A stretch of 64,000 nt of DNA from Bugula neritina (Eukaryota; Animalia; Bryozoa), in NCBI GenBank assembly GCA_964035545.1, contig OZ037765.1, positions 23,683,504 to 23,747,503 on the forward strand. Direction: 5' to 3'. Positions 15,401 through 26,532 of this stretch are shown here, in pieces. The notes beneath the pieces are model-generated. The model had not been told where the DNA came from. It worked only from the letters and a program-made list of their open reading frames with translations, and did no database searches. Position 1 is the stretch's first letter. Every line of letters begins with the position of its first letter. The position numbers and the translations under genes were made by a program.

Positions 15401-15962
15401 TGTCTAAATGAAAGCACAACAGTTGTTGTTATTTTGTTTTTGTTGTGGAGCACAGCATCTTTTACTTTTTCAATTGCATTACTAACATTACTTACATTAC
15501 TTACATTACTTCCATTACTAACATTACATACATTACTAACATTACTAACATTACTTGTATAACTTACATTACTTACATTACATACATTGCTTACATTACT
15601 TCCATTACTAACATTACATACATTACTAACATTACTTGTATAACTTACATTACTTACATTACTAACATTACATACATTACTTACATTACTTACATTACAT
15701 ACATTACTTACATTACATACATTACTATAATACACTTACTGGTGGTCAAAGAGTCAGAAGGGTCATACACATTTGTTGACAGTTCAATGGTGAAGCTCTC
15801 ATCTTCAATGAAACCAAGTTGTACAGTGTGTTGTGGCTTCATTTCTTTCAAATTGCAAACCGTAGGATTGGCTCCAGTATTAAAGCAAAATATAGGGTTA
15901 ACACTGCACAGTGTTAGAATGAGAAGAGTCTTCTTCAGCAGCCACTGGTGTTGAAAAGCCAT
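12438..15962 (-). CDS. Reeler-domain protein (putative defense protein / ferric-chelate reductase N-terminal-like), 225 aa, with signal peptide and probable GPI-anchor signal
   Basis: Exons 15740-15962, 13318-13463, 12736-12851, 12438-12630 join in frame (678 nt). Reeler motifs: TGANPTVC..MKPQH, FKGFLIQAR, ALTHNS, SWRPP, FQASVVKQF. Hydrophobic N-terminus (TLLILTLCSV). C-terminus SNNG...AIIIAIVLILFAMSE. Confidence 0.85.
15477..15726. repeat. 9-bp minisatellite (CATTACTTA/CATTACTAA/CATTACATA), ~28 units, in the Reeler-gene intron
   Basis: Read directly; it produces the spurious SNV/ITY-repeat ORFs. Confidence 0.97.
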
Positions 15963-17778
15963 AATGTGTAAATAACTAAAATAAATAGACATAGACATGT
16001 TTTATTTGTTAGAAGTTTTTTAACAGGTATAAAGTCTAGAAAATGAGAGTTGAGTTAATTTTGGGAATATTGAATTTATAGACATTTTAGTTGTTGAAGC
16101 AAATGAGTAATGTGTATAATTGCAATTTATGACAATTTATAACCAGTTTTTATTCAATTTCAGTCATCTTATATATCACGGTGCTTTCAATACGGAGTAC
16201 ATTTGGAGAGCATGGCTACACTTTTGAGCACGTATTGTTTGCAGATCAAAAGCTGACAACAACAGAAAAAATTATAAGTTTTCAGCTAAACTTTCAGGAA
16301 AAAAAGTTTTCAATAATGTAATTATTTGGCTAACTTCACAATAATATTCTAGCTTGTGCACTCTCATAGTTAAAAATTGAAATTTTGAGCTCACTAAAAA
16401 CAAAAATATCATGTAAAAGTTATAATAGTACACAAAGTATAGGTGACGAAGAATTCTATTGAAAAATTTGGGTTATTTAATATTAAAATGCAAATATTAT
16501 AGAAACAATCCAATTGGACATAGACTACAAAAAGAGATATTTTAACAGATATTGTCGTTCTACTTTAATCTTACTTCTTTAGGCAAGTATTACCAGTGTT
16601 AACTTTGCAAACTGGAGCTTTACTTACCACTTTCTAGACTAACGTTCAACGTTTAGAAGAAATAGAACAGCTTACTCACTGCAGAAAGAATATATAAGCC
16701 TGGTGAGGCTCTAAGTATGATCTCTTTACTACTAGTTGGCTACACCGTCATGCTTGACGGTTCTCTTGGAAAACCATCTGAATCTGTGTATTCTCTTCCA
16801 CTCACCATATAGCCAAAGCTCATTAGTCATCGTGTGAACAAGAATGACATCTCAAGTCACCATGGAGATACAACTGTGTAGCCAGATGAATCGGATTATG
16901 TTACTGCGTTATAGCTAATTGGCAGTTGGTGCCGTATCAGCTGGCATATGTTGTATGATTTTGCTAATCGAGTGTAATAATGGCAGTAATTAGAGAAGAA
17001 ATTTGAAAGAGCCAGTGTTCTAAATGACAAATATCACAAATTAAGTCATGTTTTCTTAACTATATGTGATGGCTCTATAAGTTTTAAAATAAATTGATCA
17101 TATATGGCAAACAGTAAATATACATTTATACTGTGTAATGTAGTTCTTTTAATGCTTTTTTTCAAAAATCTTGCAAAGAAGTGTTGGTCACTTTTTGCAC
17201 TTTTGACTCTCAGATATAGTTTTGAATTTAAGAAGGGCCAAAAATTGTATGCTTGACTTTATAAAAAAACCTCTTGAAAAAAACAATTATCTTTAACTAA
17301 AATTTATATGGAATATCTTTCGAAAAAATAAACATTGGCTTTCTGTGTGATTCTCTACATATATGTATCTAACAGTAATCTATAAATTGTTTTAGCTAAC
17401 CTAAAAATATTTATAAATAAAGACTAATTGAATTCATTTGAAAATTTCTAAAATTGTCAAGTTGCAAAATTGTAAATTATATAGTGTGCCATCGGTTTAT
17501 TTGGGACCCGAAACTGCCTAGTCATAAAATTAGAGTTCATTTAATGGCGAAATTTGTCAGCAAAAATTTTTAAATATTTTTGTTTCAGCTACCAAAAAGT
17601 AATAATTTAGGTCAACAATTTGGTCTTTCAAAAAGTTGTTTTACCAGGTTGATAGTATTCTAATGTATACTTCTGTACATAGAAATCACAACTTTATATA
17701 ATTAATATTATGGCTGGTATATAATTGATAAAATTTCATTATTGTGGTTTCCTTACAACTGCTCAAGTTAGGTAATAC

Positions 17779-18330
17779 TGTCACAAAACTGTTGGTAGCA
17801 GTGTGACGAGTTCGAAAAGTCTGTAAGTCAGAAGTATAGAGACAAGTAGCATACAGCTTGCTAATCCAGTTGAGAGTAAATAGAGTTGTGAATATAAGTA
17901 TACTTTATTTCTCTAGTAAGATATGCACAGATGAATGTATAAAAATGAACTCCGAGAATGAACTTATAAAAAGGAACTGATTCGTAAACACAACTGCCTC
18001 AGTATTTATAGTAAACAAAACACTCTAGAACATTCTCAAGCATTCCAGTATAGAAGATTCTAGTAGAAAACATTCTCCACATGCCAATACTATTTATAGA
18101 AAATCAAAACAAAACAAAACATTGGAATTTCCATGGTTATTTCGCAATTATTGCGCAATACCTTGTTTACATTGCTGGGCAGTAGTTAACATGACTAACC
18201 AAAACAGTAACAATGAACAATGACCCATCTCTTTGATTAGTCTAGAATATTTATGAACATTCCTGTATAATCATTAGGAAAAACCCGGTAAGTCTATTTA
18301 TAGGTATATGTACACTCAGAATTTGTGACA
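17779..18330 (-). repeat. 3' LTR (552 bp)
   Basis: No differences from 21646-22197 by eye. TG...CA termini with 9-bp terminal inverted repeats. On the minus strand, TATAAATA at ~18003-18010 and AATAAA at ~17904-17909. Confidence 0.97.
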
Positions 18331-18342
18331 ACCCCCCATTCT
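18331..18342 (-). promoter_or_regulatory. Polypurine tract
   Basis: Minus strand AGAATGGGGGGT immediately precedes the 3' LTR. Confidence 0.85.
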
Positions 18343-18376
18343 AAGAGAAATTATCTTGATAATTTCTCCTTACTAC

Positions 18377-18505
18377 TTAAAATTCTGAGTCAATTCGGCT
18401 TAGATAATCGGCTCCAACATTGTCCTTTCCTCTTGTTGACTCCACCTTGATTATGAAGTTCTGTAAATACATAGCCCATCTCATCACTCTGCTGTTTATT
18501 ACTGT
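18377..18505 (-). pseudogene. C-terminal remnant of Gypsy RNase H
   Basis: INSRVMRWAMYLQNFIIKVESTRGKDNVGADYLSR matches the Gypsy RW-L-LQ...G..N..AD.LSR end motif. It is out of frame with the integrase ORF. Confidence 0.88.
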
Positions 18506-20588
18506 ACAGGTCCAACAAATTATCTTCGCATTCTTCTCTTTCCTTATCGTGATCAATAATCCCAGCACCAGCAGCATCTAGAGTCCTCACAGCTCCAACC
18601 GTCATAGAGTCGGTAGGCGTCTCCCGCTCAAAATATTTCTTCAGCATGTTGGCATGGTATGTTCTCCTCTTGCCTCTAATGTTGATAATGTAGTCATTCA
18701 GTCTGATTTTCTCCTCAATATTGAATGGTCCTTGCCAATGCATCAGCAATTTATTTCCATCCGTAGGTAAAAGAATGAGCACTTTGTCACCAGGTCTGAA
18801 GTCTCTCTGCTTAGCTTTCTTGTCAAAATAGTGTTTGTATCTTTTTTGACTGTCTTTTAGCGAAGCTAGTGCCATTTCCATCATGTCATCTAAACGCTCT
18901 CTCAACTCAAAAACATGTTGATAGCAGGTCTTGACTTCATCGGCAGTGTCTTCTTTTGTCCAAAGTTGTCGCAGGATGTACATTGGTCCACGCACAGTTC
19001 TTCCATAGAGTAACTCGAATGGGGCGAAGCCTGTTGATTCCTGTGGGACTTCTCTATATGCAAATAGAGCCGCATTGATGAACCGATGCCACTGTCTTGG
19101 CTCTTTAGCACACAACTTTTTTAACATACTCTTGAGGGTTCCGTTGAACTTTTCCACAAGTCCATTGGCCATTGCATGGTATGGTGAGGTAGGAAGTTGT
19201 CGCATGTCAAGTAATCTGGTAAACTCTTTCATGTAGTCCGAGATGAATTGAGTTCCTTGATTGCTTATCACCTCCTCTGGTATCCCAACACGACTGTATA
19301 TGTCAAGCAGCGCTTCAGCTACAGTAGCTGAGTCAATGTTCTTCAATGGTGTAGCTTCAGGATATCTTGTAGCATAGTCAACTAAAGTTAGGATGTAGCG
19401 GTGTCCTTTCTCACTTGGAGGGTTAATTGGTCCGATTAGGTCTATTGCACATCTCTTGAATGGGGTGTCAATTAGTGGTGTTTCCTGTACTGGAACTTTC
19501 ATGACTGAGCCTTTTTTCACCGTCTTCTGGCAAATGTCACATGATTGACAGAAACGTACGACATCTCCGTTTAGTCCTGGCCAGAAGAAGTTGGAAAGCA
19601 CTCTATCAGTGGTTTTCTTTACTCCTAGGTGTCCGCTCATTATGCAGTCATGAGCTTTCTGTAGAACTTCCTTCCTCAGAGAACTGGGTACCATGAGTTG
19701 TTTAACAGGTTTTACACTGACAGACTTTGAGTCGGTGTACTCACGGTACAGAATCTTATTCCTCACCACAAACCTAGTGGTGCATCCCTTTTTCTTCTTC
19801 ACTTCTTTTGCATAAAAGAAACGTTCCAATGTGGGGTCATCCCTCTGCAATCTGGCTATTTCATCTTTCCCTATACTTAATGGGTTAGTATTTGAATCAA
19901 TCTTCAGTGGTTTGTCTCCTGACTTTTCCTTGACAGCCTGAGCTCTTGTGGTTACGGCGCAGTCCTTCCATTTTTCCAGCGGCTGGTCAGCTGATCTCGC
20001 TCCAACCACATTCCCAATAAGCAGGTCACAAATCGTCTTGTCCATTACTGCAGCTTTGACAACGCCATTGTAAAATGGTGAGCGCACTGAGATAAGTGCC
20101 CACTGAGCCTCTCTAACACTTGCATCAGCCATATTCAGATAAACTGATTCTCCAGTTAAATGTTGAGGTTGCACATACTTTGCATTGACTACAATGCAAC
20201 CACAGCCGGTGTCGCGCATTACAGTAGCTCGTTGGCCATTAACTTCCGCATCAAATATCGCTGTGCCCCCATCTTTGAATTTAGGTCCATTCTTGCAGAC
20301 AGCAGCGTTGACAAACTTTTTACCATTAACTGTGATTTCCGTAGGTTCTTCCCTTTTAGACGAGATTCCTGGATCTGTGACCACAGTCTTATTCTGAGTA
20401 GTCGCTATTGCAGCAGCAGCATGCACTGACCTCCCACCATACTTTCTGCAGTCTGAAGTATTGTGGTTGTTCATCTTGCAATGTGAACAGTACTTCTTCC
20501 CTTGTTGTGGGCAGTTACGAGCAATGTGTGACTTATCTTTGCAGATGAAGCATGCCCCATCGCTTTTACTTCCTTGTTCAGCATTCAT
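18390..20588 (-). CDS. Retrotransposon polyprotein remnant: 2x CCHC zinc knuckle, aspartic protease, integrase (HHCC, D-N-E core, GPF); no RT
   Basis: 732-aa ORF containing CFICKDKSHIARNC, CSHCKMNNHNTSDC, MRDTGC, AHDCIMSGHLG...CQSCDIC, CAIDLIGP, ISNQGTQF, NGLVEKFN and WQGPF. No YxDD motif. Confidence 0.9.
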   Translation of the reverse strand: MNAEQGSKSDGACFICKDKSHIARNCPQQGKKYCSHCKMNNHNTSDCRKYGGRSVHAAAAIATTQNKTVVTDPGISSKREEPTEITVNGKKFVNAAVCKNGPKFKDGGTAIFDAEVNGQRATVMRDTGCGCIVVNAKYVQPQHLTGESVYLNMADASVREAQWALISVRSPFYNGVVKAAVMDKTICDLLIGNVVGARSADQPLEKWKDCAVTTRAQAVKEKSGDKPLKIDSNTNPLSIGKDEIARLQRDDPTLERFFYAKEVKKKKGCTTRFVVRNKILYREYTDSKSVSVKPVKQLMVPSSLRKEVLQKAHDCIMSGHLGVKKTTDRVLSNFFWPGLNGDVVRFCQSCDICQKTVKKGSVMKVPVQETPLIDTPFKRCAIDLIGPINPPSEKGHRYILTLVDYATRYPEATPLKNIDSATVAEALLDIYSRVGIPEEVISNQGTQFISDYMKEFTRLLDMRQLPTSPYHAMANGLVEKFNGTLKSMLKKLCAKEPRQWHRFINAALFAYREVPQESTGFAPFELLYGRTVRGPMYILRQLWTKEDTADEVKTCYQHVFELRERLDDMMEMALASLKDSQKRYKHYFDKKAKQRDFRPGDKVLILLPTDGNKLLMHWQGPFNIEEKIRLNDYIINIRGKRRTYHANMLKKYFERETPTDSMTVGAVRTLDAAGAGIIDHDKEREECEDNLLDLYSNKQQSDEMGYVFTELHNQGGVNKRKGQCWSRLSKPN

Positions 20589-20589
20589 G

Positions 20590-21549
20590 CTATCGGTGGG
20601 TGTTTTCCATCCTTTTTGTATTAGTTTTCTTAGTCTTTGCTAGTTTTCTTCCACGGGCGTGCAAAAACAGTGACGCTGCATCACACATATCCTCACTGCT
20701 GTTGTAGGAACTTTGCTTTAAATGCACAGCTAGGTCGTCTGGGCATGATGATATAAATTGTTCAGTCGCCACTAGTTTGGCTATGTCCATGCCCCCTGAA
20801 AGCTCCACCCACTTGTGCACATAACTTTCTATCCTAGTGAACAGTTGGGCAGGAGTTTCATCCTCGTAAGCTTCTGCCTCTCTGAGCTTTTTTCTGTAGC
20901 CCTCTTGAGTCAAGTTAAAGCGCTCCAACAAGGCTTCTTTGACTTTTTTATAATCTCTACGATCGGTAGGTGACAACCGGATGTAAGCTTCTGTTGCTGT
21001 ACCCCTTAGGTACTGACTGAGATGGTAGGGCCAATCTCCCTTGTCCCAGTTACATCCTTCGGCAACCCACTCGAACCGCTCTAAATAGCTATCCATTTCG
21101 TCCACCTTCTCATCAAAGAATGGTATTTTTGGTTTTGGTTTGTTAGCTATTTCTAACCTGGTGCTCTCATGTCTTGAGTGCTCCAAACTTGTGTTTGCTT
21201 TCAGCTTTTCCATATCTAATTCATGTTGTTGTCTTCTCTCTTCTGCCTCCTGGTCAGCTTTAACCTTGAGTGCCATTGCCTCCTGATCAGCTTTAACCTT
21301 GAATGCCGTTGCCTCCTGATCAGCTTTTATCTTCATCTCCATTAAGGCTTTCTCATTCTCTTGCCTGATCTTTTCTGCCTCACGCTCTAATCTACGTTCC
21401 TCTCGGTCCTTTTCTTTTTCCTCTCGGTCCTTTTCTTTTTCTTCTTGTGCAGCAACAATGGGTAGGTTCTTTTCAACAAAAGCTATGAGCTTGTCCTCCA
21501 CCAACCCAAGGTCTTTACCCATCTGTGTCACTCTCTCCAACAACGCCAT
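20590..21549 (-). CDS. Gag (coiled-coil N-terminus plus SCAN-like capsid), 319 aa
   Basis: FEWVAEGCNW..WPYHLSQYLRGTATEAY..DYKKVKEALLERFNLTQEGYRKKLR..EQFISSCP is typical of Gmr1-like gag. Internal KVKADQEA (33-nt) and EKEKDRE (21-nt) repeats. Confidence 0.9.
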   Translation of the reverse strand: MALLERVTQMGKDLGLVEDKLIAFVEKNLPIVAAQEEKEKDREEKEKDREERRLEREAEKIRQENEKALMEMKIKADQEATAFKVKADQEAMALKVKADQEAEERRQQHELDMEKLKANTSLEHSRHESTRLEIANKPKPKIPFFDEKVDEMDSYLERFEWVAEGCNWDKGDWPYHLSQYLRGTATEAYIRLSPTDRRDYKKVKEALLERFNLTQEGYRKKLREAEAYEDETPAQLFTRIESYVHKWVELSGGMDIAKLVATEQFISSCPDDLAVHLKQSSYNSSEDMCDAASLFLHARGRKLAKTKKTNTKRMENTHR

Positions 21550-21625
21550 AATGTCTCAACAACCGTTAATTAATCCTGTGTATACTCACGTTGTAACTAA
21601 TAACTTCCCTGTGTGCGACTGAGAC

Positions 21626-21643
21626 TTCCCGGAGCAGCCCCCA
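21626..21643 (-). promoter_or_regulatory. Primer-binding site, tRNA-Pro-like
   Basis: TGGGGGCTGCTCCGGGAA, 2 nt from the 5' LTR. The canonical tRNA-Pro PBS is TGGGGGCTCGTCCGGGAT. Confidence 0.85.
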
Positions 21644-21645
21644 AT

Positions 21646-22197
21646 TGTCACAAAACTGTTGGTAGCAGTGTGACGAGTTCGAAAAGTCTGTAAGTCAGAA
21701 GTATAGAGACAAGTAGCATACAGCTTGCTAATCCAGTTGAGAGTAAATAGAGTTGTGAATATAAGTATACTTTATTTCTCTAGTAAGATATGCACAGATG
21801 AATGTATAAAAATGAACTCCGAGAATGAACTTATAAAAAGGAACTGATTCGTAAACACAACTGCCTCAGTATTTATAGTAAACAAAACACTCTAGAACAT
21901 TCTCAAGCATTCCAGTATAGAAGATTCTAGTAGAAAACATTCTCCACATGCCAATACTATTTATAGAAAATCAAAACAAAACAAAACATTGGAATTTCCA
22001 TGGTTATTTCGCAATTATTGCGCAATACCTTGTTTACATTGCTGGGCAGTAGTTAACATGACTAACCAAAACAGTAACAATGAACAATGACCCATCTCTT
22101 TGATTAGTCTAGAATATTTATGAACATTCCTGTATAATCATTAGGAAAAACCCGGTAAGTCTATTTATAGGTATATGTACACTCAGAATTTGTGACA
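21646..22197 (-). repeat. 5' LTR (552 bp)
   Basis: Direct repeat of 17779-18330, followed by the TSD AATAC. Confidence 0.97.
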
Positions 22198-25100
22198 AAT
22201 ACACTGATACAGTTCTTATTGGATCAGTGTATTACGGTACCTCATACCTACATGAACCTTATTCTAGTCTGCTGCACTGCAGTTCTCATTTCACAGAGCC
22301 CCATTGGCTGGATTTGCATCCTGAAAATTATCCTATGATATTCTTATAATTGCTAATCCTTAGGATTTATATTTCAGTGACTGTACCATTAGTTGTAGTT
22401 TGCATTTTTATTTTCTTAATAGTAGCTTCTAATGAGTAAAAGATTGTTGGTCCTGAGAAGATCTAAATATATAAAGCTTCAAGTTTAATGCTTGACACTC
22501 TTGGACAAGGTGGTAGAGTGCTAAACACCACTAAGTTAGAATATTATACCTTAAATACTTCCAGAACTGACGTGATAGTTCATCTTCCTTACTTTTCATA
22601 AATTACAAGAGAGTTGATATCACTTTTTTGTGCAATCTATCTGAACAAGGTAATTGCTTTACATAGTGACAAAAGTCTGGTTATATTATTGAAAGAATAA
22701 AAAGCTGTTCTACGAGTTGCATTTACCAATTTTAGCTTCTACCATTTTAACAATAGGTTGAATATAAACTCCTTAACATTCAGTTGTCACAATCTTTATC
22801 TTGCTCACATTATGTAGTTAGTTCTCTCTCCCTGCTTCAGTGCCTCAATTAGTTAAACTGTACTATGAGGAAATTGAAGCATATTTAAAGAGTTCATGCT
22901 GGAACATGGCTTGTGTTGAGGGGTACCAACAACCTCTTCATTCTTATTAGCATCCATTTATTAGCTTTCTAAAAGCATTGCCCTTACATCATGTAGAGTA
23001 CTCAGGTCAGGTAGTTACATTGTATATCATTATATCAAATAAGGACACCCAGCAGGATGTGGCAGTGAAAGGTAGACATAATTGCAACGATGAAGTATAA
23101 ATTTGAAATAAAGATATATTCCAGGCTTTAGCTATCATCTGGGAAATCATCCATTATTTGTTTGAAAATGACATATAATTTTAACATTATATCTTTTAAT
23201 AGGTATTCCATTGGTGTGTAAGTTTTTTATTTTCAAACAAAGCTACTATTTTTGTAGTTATCTGGGATGATGGTAAGTAGTTTGAACCAACTAGTAGTGT
23301 TTATTTCATCAATTTTAAGCTTTCATTGCATACTTTGCTGCAAGAAATTGACAGTACATCAGCCTCTGAGGTACCACACTATTAACAAGGTGACTGTATA
23401 GCTGTAAGTTGATGAAATGTAAGTTAAGAAATGGAAAACAGTAAACGGTGCTAGCTGCATAATGGTGCTTGATTTCAATTTTGGAAAAGAAAAATTGAAT
23501 AGTAGGAAAGAGAGAAGTTAACAAAGGTGGATAAAATATATTTTAACATGTAATAAAGTTGAACAGAACACAATATTAGTAAAAGTGACATATATGTACG
23601 CAAGACAAGTAAACACATAGGGTTTACAATATGACACCAGGTGTCTACACAGCTGTGTATGACTCGCAAGGGTAAACAAGAACTCCTGGTCTTCTAATAG
23701 TTATGTTTGTTAGTCTCAGATCAACAGTATGTTTAGTATATCTTAAGAAACCGATAAAACCCAAACTTTGTTAGGCTGTTTGCAGCACTGTAGACTATTC
23801 AACTTTATGATATTACAAGACCAGGAGTAAAGGTATACAAGGTGGCAGTAGCAAAATGAAAAACACAAAGGATAAGAGTAAGGAACACAAGTTAGCTAGA
23901 ATTGTCAATGACAGAATTATATGGTTATAGAAATTTTATATGAAATTAATAGATAGTAAAGAGAATTTTTTTTCTAAGTAATAAATTTAAACATCTACAG
24001 ATTTATAACTAGCAGTACAGGGCATGTAAATAAAACATCCGAGTTATAAAATAAAACAGAAAGCAGATATACAGTCTATGTTAGTGATTTCACAGCATTG
24101 ATTCAGAAACAATATGGAAATCAAATGATTGTACAATTAGTGAGTCATTTGAAATAGCATATCAAAGCACAAATAAACTTCAATTTCTTGCAGTGGCAAT
24201 CTATATTTAGTTTCTACTATGTAGGACAAAATACAAGGTAACATGATTCAACAATTTCTTCTTGAAAACATTCAAAATTCAACAATAGTAACTCAATAAA
24301 TAGTGCTATAAATAGTGCATATTCATTGTCACTAAACTTGCAAAAACTTGACAACATATCCCTATACATAGAAAATAATTGTGGTTAGTTAAACCAACTG
24401 AAAAGAGGAAATCTATGATGATTTCCTTGCGTGATGTCATGGTTACAAAATTTGTTCTGAACTTTAAACTAACCAAATAATTGTAAAAAACTAAAATATA
24501 AATGCAATAATTGCTACAATGCTCTCAATAACATAAAACATCTGTGTCCAATACTCCTAAGAGACCATATAACATTTGCATCTATTAAAATCCATTAAAT
24601 AATAATACATTATTAATAATATTATATCTAATATACTTAAGTTGGGTCAAAAAATAACACATGGAATGCAATAGATGGTTGGGTTTGCCAACCTGATAGT
24701 TAAATATACATACATTGTTGGGGCTAGTGGCAGTATAGAGATGGTTTAAAGACTAGTCAGGCCTCTGGTATTAATTTAATTGTCTTAGTCATGCGTGAAG
24801 AATTTACCAACCCAAATTTTGTCTTATAAATCACAGAAATATTCAATGGTCCATAGTTGAAATTAGAAAATAAAGTGTGTTAAAACACAGAAACAGATGC
24901 ATTAGAAATCAAATGTTGAAAAGCATAAATGTTGTTTGTGTGTAGGCAAAAGCAGTGTTAAGTTAGAGCACACATTGCTTGCTCACCCAGTCACAGTGAA
25001 GAAAGAATAATAAATGCATACAGCATAATATTACTTGAAAAAACACTGGATTAGTAGAAGCTATGCATTATACACTTAAAATAGATAGCTTATGTTATAA

Positions 25101-26532
25101 TACGACAGATTAATTACTGTATAAATAGTGGTTGATTGAAAAGAAAATAGGTGGGAAAAATCTGTGAATATCAAATTTATGATTACATTTTCTAATTTAA
25201 ACTATCACTATTAGGGGACATAATTTGTTGCCTGCTGAGATTACAGATGCAGGCGAGGTGAATGAAATCATGTTAACAGCTTGCATTAGAGACTTTATAT
25301 GTAGAACTTGGAAAAGGCTACTTTCAAATGCATTTTGTTGACTCCAAACTCAAAGTTGTGCATAGCCTGTGAAACATGAAAAACTAAATATAGAAACACG
25401 CAGAGTGAGAGTTGCAAGCAAGACTAAGCAGTGTTACTCTCCATACATATTAGCAAAGCCACAGAAAATATAAAAAATATGGTCTAAATAGTATTAGCAC
25501 AGTTACAACCAACTTTAACTCTTTCACAGAATAAGTGCAGATGAAATCAACTAAGAAAGAATAATATTCACAAAATTGGAATGCTGAACTGTGAAGTATG
25601 GAACATGACTGTTGGCAAAAAAAGTGAAATAATATTTGCAGTTGTGCTGCCAGTTGTGCTGCCAGTTGTGATAGTTATAAGTATGAGATTCTAACGTTAC
25701 TAGACAGTACAAGTATATAGAGATTCAATAAAACGGGTTAGACTAATAACGTCAAACTACCATGTTATTGCAGTAGAAGTAGGGTCTGCTGCGATTAATG
25801 CAACACAATTCAGCATAGCTAACAGCCAGCAAATGTTGATATAAGCGCTCATAATGCAAGTTTGGGTTACCAAGAAAGATACAGAAACTGGTGATAACAC
25901 AATATTAAAATCAGTGATAGAAATGATAAGTAAGCATAGTAAGAGAAGAAACTAAAGTACGGAAAACACTAGAGCATATTGCAACAGAGTGGGTGCGAAA
26001 CAACATGTATGATTTTAACAATATGGACCAAAAAATAATCAACTGCAAAGTAACGCTGAAATTCTTGAAATCAAAAATTAATACCCTGTCAAAAATCACC
26101 AAGAATAGAATTGAATCATTGAGTTGTTTGCAACGAGAACAATAGAAGAATGAATTCACCAGCTTGCAACATGTACATTGAGCAGACTAGGTAACATTGT
26201 CAGTGAATGGGACCCTGTATGTTGTGTGAGTGAATACAAAATTAATAGACCTATAATTAGATATATAATATTACAAAACTACTCTCCGATATATCACAGT
26301 AAGCCACTGCATAACTTGAGTAAACTGTCTTTACATAAATAAGTCCATTAGTTTTTTGATAAAGTGCTCTTAATAGAAAAATACTACGAGCACAATTTGC
26401 TAGAAGCTTTCCAACAAACATTAACATACGATTTTGATTGCATCTGATTGTCAAACAAAAGGCAATAAACAAACATATTAAGTTAATAAATTATCAGGAT
26501 ACAACAATGTCGAGTTAGTACTGGTGCCCTAA

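Larger units (their letters stand above)
17779..22197 (-). mobile_element. Ty3/Gypsy LTR retrotransposon, Gmr1-like (PR-INT-[RT]-RH order), internally deleted and non-autonomous, 4419 bp
   Basis: Two 552-bp LTRs (TGTCACAAA...TTTGTGACA), AATAC TSD at 17774-17778 and 22198-22202, PBS, PPT, SCAN-like gag, two CCHC knuckles, DTG protease, integrase, and only the C-terminal tip of RNase H. Confidence 0.95.

Noticed and set aside
15477-15726. CRISPR-like array
   Set aside because: No spacers; a simple tandem repeat in eukaryotic DNA.
15388-15954. ORFs with SNV and ITY repeats (115 aa on -, 169 aa on +)
   Set aside because: Translations of the 9-bp minisatellite; the + ORF is also antisense to the Reeler exon.
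18331-18600. env-like or extra ORF in the LTR element
   Set aside because: The 66-aa ORF is the RNase H remnant, and no space remains before the PPT.
22248-22320. Possible 73-nt 5' UTR exon of the Reeler gene upstream of the LTR element (and another at 16628-16678)
   Set aside because: Good splice sites, but stops in all three frames and no independent support; cannot be assigned without transcripts.
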